A stretch of 32,000 nucleotides of DNA, from the NCBI RefSeq assembly GCF_029232205.1, contig NZ_CP107255.1, positions 420,001 through 452,000 on the forward strand. Direction: 5' to 3'. The notes under the pieces are model-generated. The model searched no databases. It was not told the origin of the DNA and was given only the letters and a program-made list of their open reading frames with translations. The translations under genes were made by a program, and so were the position numbers. Shown here one piece after another: positions 17,222 through 25,126 of this stretch (its first letter is position 1; the number at the start of each line of letters is the position of its first letter). This DNA is from Candidatus Saccharimonadota bacterium. GTDB taxonomy: Archaea; Nanohalarchaeota; Nanosalinia; Nanosalinales; Nanosalinaceae.

Positions 17222-17783
17222 TCTCACCTTCTTTCTCTTCTAGGACTTTTTCAAGAAGTTCTTTGATGTCTTGTATTTCTTTCTTCATCTCTGTAATTTC
17301 TTTGCTTGTTTTCTCATTTTCCTTTATCCTATCTCTCTGAAGATCGAGTAGTTCGATAACTGCCCCATGATATTTTTGTTCAGCCACATTTTCTCTACGT
17401 TCAGATTCAAGTTTTTCCTCTTCAACTTCCTCTTTCATCTTCTCTATTTTGGCTTTTTCTTCGGTAGAGCTTTTTTCTAGTTCTACTTGTTCTTTCCAGG
17501 CCTTCAGGTTACGAAGTTTCCTGTTGATTTGATCTTCGTATCTATTCTGTCTTTGTTTACTATTTAGACCAATCGCTCCTGTAACTACATCAGGATAGAG
17601 ATTATCTTTTTTCTCTTCTCCATCCGAGAAGGCAGTTTTCGCAAAGTTATCTAATCTTGTTTCCATCTCCTTTTTCTCTTGCTTACCTTTCTCATAAGAA
17701 AGTTCTAGAAGGCCCTCTGCCTGCTTTATGAACTCATCTATCTTTTCTTCTGCTTTTTCAGGATCTATTTGAAGCTTACTCAT
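17211..17783 (-). CDS. Hypothetical coiled-coil protein inserted between hsdM and hsdS
   Basis: 190-aa E/K-rich ORF. Its ATG overlaps the hsdM stop by 8 nt, and its stop overlaps the hsdS start by about 11 nt. No enzymatic motif recognised. Confidence 0.6.
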   Translation of the reverse strand: MSKLQIDPEKAEEKIDEFIKQAEGLLELSYEKGKQEKKEMETRLDNFAKTAFSDGEEKKDNLYPDVVTGAIGLNSKQRQNRYEDQINRKLRNLKAWKEQVELEKSSTEEKAKIEKMKEEVEEEKLESERRENVAEQKYHGAVIELLDLQRDRIKENEKTSKEITEMKKEIQDIKELLEKVLEEKEGENDE

Positions 17784-19260
17784 AGTTGAGGGCCTCCATG
17801 TGTTCTTGCATCTGGTTTTCGATTTCTTCTCTTTCTGATTGGAGTTCTTTCAGTTTCTCCAGTTCTTCGGCGACTTCTATGTTTTCTTCGGGTTGGGTGG
17901 TGTCGACGTAGAGGGCGATGTTGAGGTTGTAGTCGTTTTCGCGGATTTCTTCGAGGTCGACGACTCGGGAGACTCTTTCCTCGGTTTCCCAGTTCCTGTA
18001 TTTTTCCACGATTTCTTTGATTCCGTCTTCTGTGAGTTTGTTCTGGTTGCTGAGTTCTTCGTAGAAGTTTTCGTCGGCTGCGTGGATGAACTGGACTTGT
18101 CCTTCTCTTTCTTCTGGTTTGTCTTTGTTGACTATGAGGATTCCTGATGGGATTGAGTTGTTCTGGAATAGGTTTTCTGGTAGGCCTATGACTGCTTCTA
18201 CCATGTCGTTTTCTAGCATTGGTTCTCTGAACTTGCTCTCATGTTTTCTGAAGAGGACTCCGTGTGGTATGACGCAGGCCATTTTTCCTTCTTCGTTCAG
18301 TGATTTGATCATGTGCTGGATGAATGCGTAGTCGGCTCTGTCTGCTCGTGCCATTCCCCAGTCGAAACGGTTGTATTTGTCGTCCTGGCATGCGTCTTTC
18401 TGCCAGTCAGCTGAGAACGGAGGATTGGCTAGTACATAGTCAAACTTCTCTAGTTTGCCGTTTTCCGTGAACTGTGGGTTGGCGAGTGAGTCTTCCCGCG
18501 TGATTTCTCCGTCTAGGTCGTGTAGGAATAGGTTCATTCGTGCGATTGGTGCGATTCCAGGGTTGATTTCCTGGCCTTTCAGCAATAGATCTTTCTTGGG
18601 GTCGCCGATTTCTCTGTAGTGTTCGGCCATTTCTACGAGCATTCCTGCTGATCCAACTGTTGGATCGTAGATCTTGATGGTTCCGTCTCCGTTCTCAGGG
18701 TTCAGTACGTCGGCCATTAGCTGGACCATCTCCTGTGGTGTGAAGAACTGTCCGCCATCCTTTCCTTCTGATTCAGCAAAGTCCCGAACGAGATCCATGT
18801 AGGCTTCTCCTAGAATATCTGGTTTTACTCTTTGCAGAGACATGTTTTTCGTGTTCAGGTGTTCGAGCATACGGTGAAGAGTATCGTGATCGATTCCGTC
18901 CGCATTCACGAAGTTGACTCTGAAGATATTCTCAAGTTTCTCTGGGTTTTCGGATTCTAGTGCGTCAAATGCTTCGTTTAGGAACTGATCTACGTTTTCT
19001 GTCTGTTCTAGAGCTTTTTCGTATCTGTAGTCTTCCGGGATTTGGAAGTCGTGGAAGGCTTGGTCTTTTGCTAGTTCTTCGTCTCCTGTTTCTTCCAGTG
19101 CTTCTTCGTACCGGTCCTGGTATGTGTCATCTATTGCTTTATAGAAGACGACGGGTAGTATGTATGTTTTGTAGTCTGTAGGGTCTACTCTGTCTCTGAT
19201 GATGTCTGCGCATTTGAAAAGATGGTCGCGTAGTTCTTCTTCGGTGATTTCTTTTGCCAT
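17776..19260 (-). CDS. hsdM: Type I restriction-modification N6-adenine DNA methyltransferase subunit
   Basis: Motifs GGQFFTPQEMVQLM, IYDPTVGSAGML (AdoMet motif I) and VLANPPFS (motif IV, NPPF) are present, along with the N-terminal HsdM helical domain. Confidence 0.93.
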   Translation of the reverse strand: MAKEITEEELRDHLFKCADIIRDRVDPTDYKTYILPVVFYKAIDDTYQDRYEEALEETGDEELAKDQAFHDFQIPEDYRYEKALEQTENVDQFLNEAFDALESENPEKLENIFRVNFVNADGIDHDTLHRMLEHLNTKNMSLQRVKPDILGEAYMDLVRDFAESEGKDGGQFFTPQEMVQLMADVLNPENGDGTIKIYDPTVGSAGMLVEMAEHYREIGDPKKDLLLKGQEINPGIAPIARMNLFLHDLDGEITREDSLANPQFTENGKLEKFDYVLANPPFSADWQKDACQDDKYNRFDWGMARADRADYAFIQHMIKSLNEEGKMACVIPHGVLFRKHESKFREPMLENDMVEAVIGLPENLFQNNSIPSGILIVNKDKPEEREGQVQFIHAADENFYEELSNQNKLTEDGIKEIVEKYRNWETEERVSRVVDLEEIRENDYNLNIALYVDTTQPEENIEVAEELEKLKELQSEREEIENQMQEHMEALNYE

Positions 19261-19799
19261 TAGTTTTGAACCTCGTCTAGTATTTTTTCAGCTTCTTCTT
19301 CAATTTTTGAGTTGTCAATAAATGCGTTCGATCTGTCTGTTATTAGTCCTAACATTTTTGCTTCTCCTTCTGTCTCTCTGAGAACTCTGTCGGTTTCTTT
19401 AAATACTGAATTCAACGATTCAAGATCTTCTCTGTTCTTTGCTACCCGTAAAACTTCGATAATTGTGTCTTGAACTCTCTGAGAGGTGACTTGTTCTGAG
19501 ATATTTTTCTTTACGAAAGTCCTCAACTCGTTTAGCTGGTTGGGTTCCTCGCTTCTTCGTACGAGAAATGTCTCTATGTGTTCGCGATAAAGTTGTTGTA
19601 TTTTCTCTAAATTGATATCTAGTTCTTTCTCTCCTTCTACTAGTTTCTTATCTCGTAGTTTCTTGACATTGTTTGAGACAGCGCCTTTACTGAGAGAGGT
19701 GTTCTCGACAAGCTCACTCTGTCTCTGAGGGGAATTATGGGCCAATGCGGAAAGTATTTCAAGTTGGCCTTTGCCAGTATTGTCTGTGAGTATTCTCAC
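19260..19799 (-). CDS. Winged-helix (MarR/ArsR-like) transcriptional regulator, first gene of the R-M array
   Basis: LEILSALAHNSPQRQSELVENTSLSKGAVSNNVKKLRDKKLVE is a typical wHTH, followed by a helical C-terminal half. The start is GTG. The stop overlaps the hsdM ATG (TAATG). Confidence 0.7.
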   Translation of the reverse strand: MRILTDNTGKGQLEILSALAHNSPQRQSELVENTSLSKGAVSNNVKKLRDKKLVEGEKELDINLEKIQQLYREHIETFLVRRSEEPNQLNELRTFVKKNISEQVTSQRVQDTIIEVLRVAKNREDLESLNSVFKETDRVLRETEGEAKMLGLITDRSNAFIDNSKIEEEAEKILDEVQN

Positions 19800-19883
19800 A
19801 TCTAGGTTTTTGTGTCCTGACCTTTAACATTCTTTCGATAACTAGAAATCACTTCTGTAAAACGTTTAGCAATACTGACTTTG

Positions 19884-20204
19884 TTAATTTTCTATTTTTT
19901 TATCTAGTTTCCAGCCTTTGAGGGCTTCTTTGGGCCTCATGTTGATTTTGTGGTATGTGTTGTAGAGTTGGATGGCTTTGTGGGCTTTTTCTGTGTTGAA
20001 GCCTTTTACGTTGTGTTCTGCTGTGAATTTTATTACTTGTTTGAGTGTTGAGATGTCGTTTACTGTGCGTACGTGTTTGTTGCCGTGTTTGAAGACTAGT
20101 TCTACTTCTTCGTCTACTTTCTGGCTGTCCTGTGCTGAGAGCCTGAGGTTCATGTTGTTGCCGTGGTTGTTCCATTTTCCGAATATTACTGCTTCTGTAT
20201 CCAT
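19884..20204 (-). CDS. Hypothetical protein
   Basis: 106-aa ORF and the most protein-like of three overlapping frames. No motif recognised. Confidence 0.45.
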   Translation of the reverse strand: MDTEAVIFGKWNNHGNNMNLRLSAQDSQKVDEEVELVFKHGNKHVRTVNDISTLKQVIKFTAEHNVKGFNTEKAHKAIQLYNTYHKINMRPKEALKGWKLDKKIEN

Positions 20205-20269
20205 TTTTTGTGCCTTTTCCTGTAGTTATTGGCGGCGAAGAGTTAAAAGGTGGAAGAAAATTTGTTTTT

Positions 20270-20596
20270 CTAGACTCCGTCGAGACCTGAAAGTTTTTTG
20301 TGCTTGTCAGGGGTCAGGAAGTGGAGTATTACGTCTGTAAATCTTTCATCTCCTAGTTGTTCTTCGAAGTTCTGGTCGTATGAGAACTGGGCCCAGTCCC
20401 TGGTTACGTAAAGTTCTACGTCCATTTTTTCTCCGTCGTATTCGAGGGTGTGTTCTCCTAGTTCGAAGTCTACGTGAGAGGGTGATACTTGTTCGATTAT
20501 TGAGTTCTTGTTGATGAAGCCGTGTGTTACGTATTTTCCGGCGTACTGGTGGCCTGCTACGTCTTCTTTTGTCCATGTGTGGTCCTGTAAGCCCAT
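20270..20596 (-). CDS. Hypothetical protein
   Basis: 108-aa ORF. The alternative frame is an Arg-rich artefact. No motif recognised. Confidence 0.5.
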   Translation of the reverse strand: MGLQDHTWTKEDVAGHQYAGKYVTHGFINKNSIIEQVSPSHVDFELGEHTLEYDGEKMDVELYVTRDWAQFSYDQNFEEQLGDERFTDVILHFLTPDKHKKLSGLDGV

Positions 20597-20743
20597 CTAG
20601 ATTATTGTTTATATGGAAGTCTTAAGGCCTTATCTGCGAGGAACTCCCTGTTTTTGTCCGCAACGCTTAAAAATCGGCTGTTGCAATTTTGCCTGTGATC
20701 AAACACAACCTTTATGTTCATCGAAGAGTAATAACAGTTATGG

Positions 20744-21607
20744 GTGGCTGTTCTGAGTACTAATCTGAGGGAGGCTGTTCTTCCGAGACTGGAGCAGGAT
20801 ACTGAAGCTGACAGTCTTGAGGAGTTCGAGTCCCAGGTAAAAGGCCTTTTGACGGGTGAAGAAGTCCAGAGAAGAAGTGTTGAGGATGAGGACTTTGTGT
20901 ATGAGGCCGATGATGAGTCAGGTAACTACAGCCTTACGAATGAGGCCGAGCTAGGTCTTGAGGGTCTTCCTGGCATGGATAGTGTTGAGAAGGATCACTC
21001 AGCTGTAATGGATAATTATGGAGGTATTGATCGTGTGGGTGTCAGCAGTGATGGAAGGGTCACTCTTGAGATGGAGAGTGGTGGTATGCAGACTTACTTC
21101 CTTGCTGGTGCTTATCAGGGCCAGGCCGCTGTGAAAGATGATAATGGAATAATCTGGAAGTACGATAAAAGAGATGATACTCTTGAATACCTGAATACTG
21201 AGAAGGGGTGGGTTGAATCGGACTCGGACAGGCACAAGTCGATGATGGATAAGATCGTTGATTTTCAGCATGAGACATGGGCTGTTGAGAGAGCAGTTGA
21301 AGAGGTCAGGGGCTGGAGCCATGATTCTGGAAGCAGAGGTATTCACGACAGGTTGAAGTCGCGTTTCGACATGGTTATGACCGAGCTTGCCCAGTACAAT
21401 GATGGGGACGAGTCGGTCTATGAGGCCGATAAGTCGAAGAATGTTACTCCTGGTGGAGCTAAAGGAACGGATGTGGTGAAGGATTTTGACGAGGCATCCG
21501 AAAGATTCCGGGCTTACGGCCTGCTGGAGTACGGTATCGACGTTGAAACCGAGGTAGAGGTTGCAGGAGACTATTCAGAAGCAAGGTTCGCTCCTGAAGG
21601 CCTCTAA
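20744..21607 (+). CDS. Hypothetical acidic protein
   Basis: 287-aa ORF with a GTG start as given by the ORF track, so the start is uncertain. No motif recognised. Confidence 0.55.
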   Translation: MAVLSTNLREAVLPRLEQDTEADSLEEFESQVKGLLTGEEVQRRSVEDEDFVYEADDESGNYSLTNEAELGLEGLPGMDSVEKDHSAVMDNYGGIDRVGVSSDGRVTLEMESGGMQTYFLAGAYQGQAAVKDDNGIIWKYDKRDDTLEYLNTEKGWVESDSDRHKSMMDKIVDFQHETWAVERAVEEVRGWSHDSGSRGIHDRLKSRFDMVMTELAQYNDGDESVYEADKSKNVTPGGAKGTDVVKDFDEASERFRAYGLLEYGIDVETEVEVAGDYSEARFAPEGL

Positions 21608-21653
21608 AAACCAGATCAAATTTCTTCCATTCTTAATATTTGAGGGATAATCT

Positions 21654-22139
21654 ATGAGTATGAACGACCGGTATGAAAACCTGGAGGATGTAGAGCTTTT
21701 CGAACTGAGGGAGCCGGATGTTTACTCGGTTGACTCCTATCTGGAGCCACGGGTAAGGCATGTGGACGCTCTTTTCGAGGAAGTAGATGAGACTCCACAG
21801 GTATACCCGATTGAAGAGACACTGTCCACTATCACGATGGACGGCGAGTTCTCTCCGCGAGACAGAGTGATGATGGGGGTATCAGGAAACTTCAGGGACT
21901 ACACTGTAGGCCTTGACAGATCCGACTTCAAGTCCTACCACGGAGAATATCTGCAGCCAAACACCTTCGAAGATATCATGCTGAAGATCGATCAAGAAGA
22001 GGTAGATGCCAGGCCTACAGATATTGAAACTCGAAATATCAGGTTTGAGATTCCTGTAGGCCAGCCTACCGTTGAAAAAGATGCCTTGCCCGACGACGGT
22101 GTCGAAGTGCGTTTCAACGACAATATTCCTACTCTTTAA
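21654..22139 (+). CDS. Hypothetical acidic protein
   Basis: 161-aa ORF with an ATG start. A GAGGGA purine-rich element sits about 9 nt upstream. No motif recognised. Confidence 0.55.
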   Translation: MSMNDRYENLEDVELFELREPDVYSVDSYLEPRVRHVDALFEEVDETPQVYPIEETLSTITMDGEFSPRDRVMMGVSGNFRDYTVGLDRSDFKSYHGEYLQPNTFEDIMLKIDQEEVDARPTDIETRNIRFEIPVGQPTVEKDALPDDGVEVRFNDNIPTL

Positions 22140-22993
22140 GAGATCCTGAATGTGTAAACTCCGTTGTTCTCCTCGTAATCAAGTACCTCGGGGTGATCAG
22201 GGAAATTAACTATTTCTTTCTCTCCATCAACCTCTATAACCAGTGATTGAGGCCCTACATCGAAATTAGCCTCCTCGTATCCTGACGGCATCATTACATC
22301 AAGCTCGTATTCTGCTTCAGAACTGTCTGGCGCCCTGTATCTCTGAGTTGCAATTTCTGTAGGGTCTGCTACCTCAGTATCTTCAAGATCGTCCTCCGAA
22401 AGCTCTCCCTGTTTTGCATGTAAAATATTCTGCACGAACTGTCCAGCGGTCATACCGTCCTCGCTTCTGAGAACTCCGTCACCGCTCATCAACGTGACAG
22501 GCGCGCTATCTTTGACACCGTTACCATCGTAGATAGCAGGCATCACGGCCCTGTTATTATCTATTTCATCCCAGAAGTACTCCGAAGGATTGCCCGCGTA
22601 CTGATCATCATATTCATCTACCTTATCTGCAACTTCCTGTGGATCTGCAACCCTCACTGCATAGGCCTGAGGGAAACCAGCCATTTTTACAACGGCCTCT
22701 TCTCCAAGAAGATCTCTTACTTCATCGCTGGCGAAAATCACCCTTTCTCCTCCATCAGCGAAGTCGCTGTAAAGGCCTTCGACAGTTCTCCTCTGAGCAG
22801 GAGTCATATTTCCGGCCTTGAATCGGTCCATGGAAGAGGCAATTGAACTTCCGGGCGTAGTAACTGCAGAAGTATCTCCGAATCGGGCTACCTGTGCATC
22901 AGGTATTTCTTCAAGTACATCAGGTTTTCCGAGCTTTTCAAGCTCTTCAGTTGTTAAAACATCTTCAATAGAGTGTTCGGCGCTTGTAGACAC
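22136..22993 (-). CDS. Hypothetical acidic protein; C-terminal about 60 aa weakly reminiscent of an Hsp20/alpha-crystallin-type beta-sandwich
   Basis: 285-aa ORF. The C-terminus YELDVMMPSGYEEANFDVGPQSLVIEVDGEKEIVNFPDHPEVLDYEENNGVYTFRIS has the alternating pattern of ACD/p23-like domains. This is pattern recognition only. Confidence 0.55.
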   Translation of the reverse strand: MSTSAEHSIEDVLTTEELEKLGKPDVLEEIPDAQVARFGDTSAVTTPGSSIASSMDRFKAGNMTPAQRRTVEGLYSDFADGGERVIFASDEVRDLLGEEAVVKMAGFPQAYAVRVADPQEVADKVDEYDDQYAGNPSEYFWDEIDNNRAVMPAIYDGNGVKDSAPVTLMSGDGVLRSEDGMTAGQFVQNILHAKQGELSEDDLEDTEVADPTEIATQRYRAPDSSEAEYELDVMMPSGYEEANFDVGPQSLVIEVDGEKEIVNFPDHPEVLDYEENNGVYTFRIS

Positions 22994-23048
22994 AACCTAT
23001 ACAGTTGCTGCCGAGTTTTAAAAAATTTCGGGATAAAAGGAGTTGTGC

Positions 23049-23309
23049 TCACCGGGAAAGAAGTTTGTCAAGTGGAGCAGTGGCCTCTTTCACCAGGAAT
23101 CTCATCGAAACCTCAAGCCAGATAGCAGCCACTATAATTCCGATAAATGCGCTGTAGGCCAGTGCCAGATTGCTTTCGATCTCAAGGCCTTTCAGATAGT
23201 AGACCGATCCCATGCTTGAAGCGATAAAGAGAACTATTGCGCCAGCCTTAGAATCCTCGATATTTAACATACAGAAAAAAGCTGAAAAATTTGTTAAAAC
23301 AGTTTTCAA
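23049..23309 (-). CDS. Small hypothetical membrane protein (2 TM) downstream of the SPFH gene
   Basis: 86-aa ORF with two hydrophobic helices, co-directional with the SPFH gene and 53 nt downstream of it. Confidence 0.4.
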   Translation of the reverse strand: MKTVLTNFSAFFCMLNIEDSKAGAIVLFIASSMGSVYYLKGLEIESNLALAYSAFIGIIVAAIWLEVSMRFLVKEATAPLDKLLSR

Positions 23310-23362
23310 ACCACTTATGAGGTTCTATGCTATACCTTCTGTAAAAAATATAATAGAAAAAT

Positions 23363-24199
23363 TTAGTCCTGGAGTTTGTCCAGGCCTTCCTCTACTGAGT
23401 CAATCTTCTCAAGATCTCCTACATCAAAGTTTGAGACATCCAGATCGGAAATTCTGTCAAGCACGGCCTGAAGGCCTTCCTCTGTATCGCCTGAGGTCAT
23501 GCCTCCCACTAACTCTGTTGGGAATGTCACGATTGTGGAGTTCTCCGCTGCTACAGAGTCCAGGGTCTGAAGTGTTCTCATTCTGTAGCCTTTGTCGCCG
23601 ATGATCTCTGAGGCCTGACGTAGTTTGACTGCGGCCTCTAGCTCTCCCTGTGCATTGGTTCTTCTGGCTCTGCGATCTCTTTCTGCCTCGGCCTCTGCAG
23701 CCATGGCTCTCTCCATTTTCTCAGGAAGATTGATGTTCTGGATTTCCACGTCGAGCACGTTAACTCCGAAGCTGTCGGTCTTATCGTCCAGTTTCTGTTT
23801 TATCTGGTCGCCGATCTCATCTCTGCGCTGAAGAAGATCATCCAGCTCTTTCTTACCCACGAGATCTCTCAGAATGCTTGTAGCATAATTCAGTGTCTGC
23901 TTTCTGTAGTCTCCTACATTTACAATCGCATCTTTCACGTCCTCGGTGTTGTCCTTCACCTCGAAGAAAACCACTCCGTCAACCTCCACAGGCACGTTGT
24001 CACGGGTAATCGCCTCCTGTTTCATCACGTCGACAGAATCCTCGTAGACCGGGACTGTCACCGGTTTCTCCACGAAAGGAATCTTGAAGTGAAGGCCTGA
24101 TTTTCTGCTGCGGTTATATGATCCGAACCTGAGCACAATACTTCTCTCCCACTCATCGTTGAGGAAGAAAGGTAGAGGCCCTGAAAGAGATAGACTCAT
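23363..24199 (-). CDS. SPFH / band-7 (stomatin-prohibitin-like) protein
   Basis: ERSIVLRFGSYNRSRKSGLHFKIPFVEKP...ITRDNVPVEVDGVVFFEV, followed by an Ala/Glu-rich helix (AMAAEAEAERDRRARR), is typical of SPFH. The ATG at 24199 is preferred over the ORF-track start at 24265 because a TATA-like box lies about 26 nt upstream. Confidence 0.85.
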   Translation of the reverse strand: MSLSLSGPLPFFLNDEWERSIVLRFGSYNRSRKSGLHFKIPFVEKPVTVPVYEDSVDVMKQEAITRDNVPVEVDGVVFFEVKDNTEDVKDAIVNVGDYRKQTLNYATSILRDLVGKKELDDLLQRRDEIGDQIKQKLDDKTDSFGVNVLDVEIQNINLPEKMERAMAAEAEAERDRRARRTNAQGELEAAVKLRQASEIIGDKGYRMRTLQTLDSVAAENSTIVTFPTELVGGMTSGDTEEGLQAVLDRISDLDVSNFDVGDLEKIDSVEEGLDKLQD

Positions 24200-24220
24200 A
24201 GAGAGGTATTTGATTTGCAG

Positions 24221-24230
24221 AAATAAAGAT
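24221..24230 (-). promoter_or_regulatory. TATA-like box for an apparently leaderless SPFH transcript
   Basis: The minus strand reads ATCTTTATTT, centred about 26 nt upstream of the ATG at 24199. Confidence 0.35.
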
Positions 24231-24283
24231 ATTTGGATAAGGCTGCGTAAAGTTTCTGTCTGCACTCTTCTTCTACCGTTAAT

Positions 24284-25126
24284 TTGTTAAACGTGTGTAA
24301 TACACTGTGTCGTGTGGTATCTCATCTTAGAGCTGCTGAAGAAGATGATATTGGCGAGATTCTAGGTCTAATTGAACGTGTCTACCCAGAAGGATATCCT
24401 AAGACTTGGGCCTCTAGAGAGGGGCTTGAGCCAGCTATAGGTGATTTTGTTGTCGCGGAGGAGGATAATAGTGTTGTAGGGACTGGCAAGGCTAACGATG
24501 AGTACTGGCCTGGAGCTGTTTATATAGAGTCTATTATGGTTGATCCTGATTCTCAGGGGCAGGGTCTTGGAACCGATATTGTTGATGAGCTAGGAAATTT
24601 AAGGGATGAGACGCTGGTAAGCCTGGATAGGTCTACTTCTGCAGGAATATTTCTGGGAGAAGGATATCTACCTGCTGCGTTCCTGCCTGAAAGAGAGTAC
24701 TTCGGTGATCGGCGAGAATCTCTAATGGTAACTTACAGGCCAGGCAATAAACATGGCAAGACCTGGGAAAAAGACCTCAGGGTAAAGAGCCGAGATGATG
24801 AACCTTATCTTGTTGAAATTACTGGTACAGATCTCTCCGAGCAGATAATACAGGAATCCATCGAAGAGCTACCCTCCACATATTTACAGGTAATAAACTA
24901 CGTTGATGGTGCTGCTGAAGGCCTTTCACTAGATCAAGAGGGCCTAAAAGGCGGGAAGATGGGAGAAATAGAACTTCCGGATGGCAGACTGGAGATACAG
25001 GCCTACGTACCTAGTCAAGAGGTAACAGAGGATTTTCCTCATGATGTTGAAGAGTTCAGGAACTCTCTTGATGGTTTCAATGAGGCCCAAAGCTTACTTG
25101 ATGAACAGGTACGGTTCTGGGACTAA
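24284..25126 (+). CDS. GNAT-family N-acetyltransferase with C-terminal extension
   Basis: The acetyl-CoA motif IESIMVDPDSQGQGLGTDIVDEL (Q-x-x-G-x-G) is present. The start is uncertain: TTG at 24284 per the ORF track, with GTG at 24314 giving a typical GNAT N-terminus. Confidence 0.7.
   Translation: MLNVCNTLCRVVSHLRAAEEDDIGEILGLIERVYPEGYPKTWASREGLEPAIGDFVVAEEDNSVVGTGKANDEYWPGAVYIESIMVDPDSQGQGLGTDIVDELGNLRDETLVSLDRSTSAGIFLGEGYLPAAFLPEREYFGDRRESLMVTYRPGNKHGKTWEKDLRVKSRDDEPYLVEITGTDLSEQIIQESIEELPSTYLQVINYVDGAAEGLSLDQEGLKGGKMGEIELPDGRLEIQAYVPSQEVTEDFPHDVEEFRNSLDGFNEAQSLLDEQVRFWD

Noticed and set aside
15900-17800. Replication origin at the C>G to G>C switch of the plus strand
   Set aside because: The switch falls inside coding sequence (hsdS and neighbours). 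There is no orc1/cdc6 gene, no AT-rich unwinding element and no ORB-like repeats. A second, opposite switch lies only about 11 kb away. A local inversion or a mosaic is more parsimonious.
19900-20576. Alternative-frame ORFs (19900-20175 minus, 19972-20340 plus, 20346-20576 minus) rich in R/Q/T
   Set aside because: They are artefacts of a stop-poor composition: the coding strand is A/C-rich and T-poor. The chosen frames give balanced, protein-like sequences.
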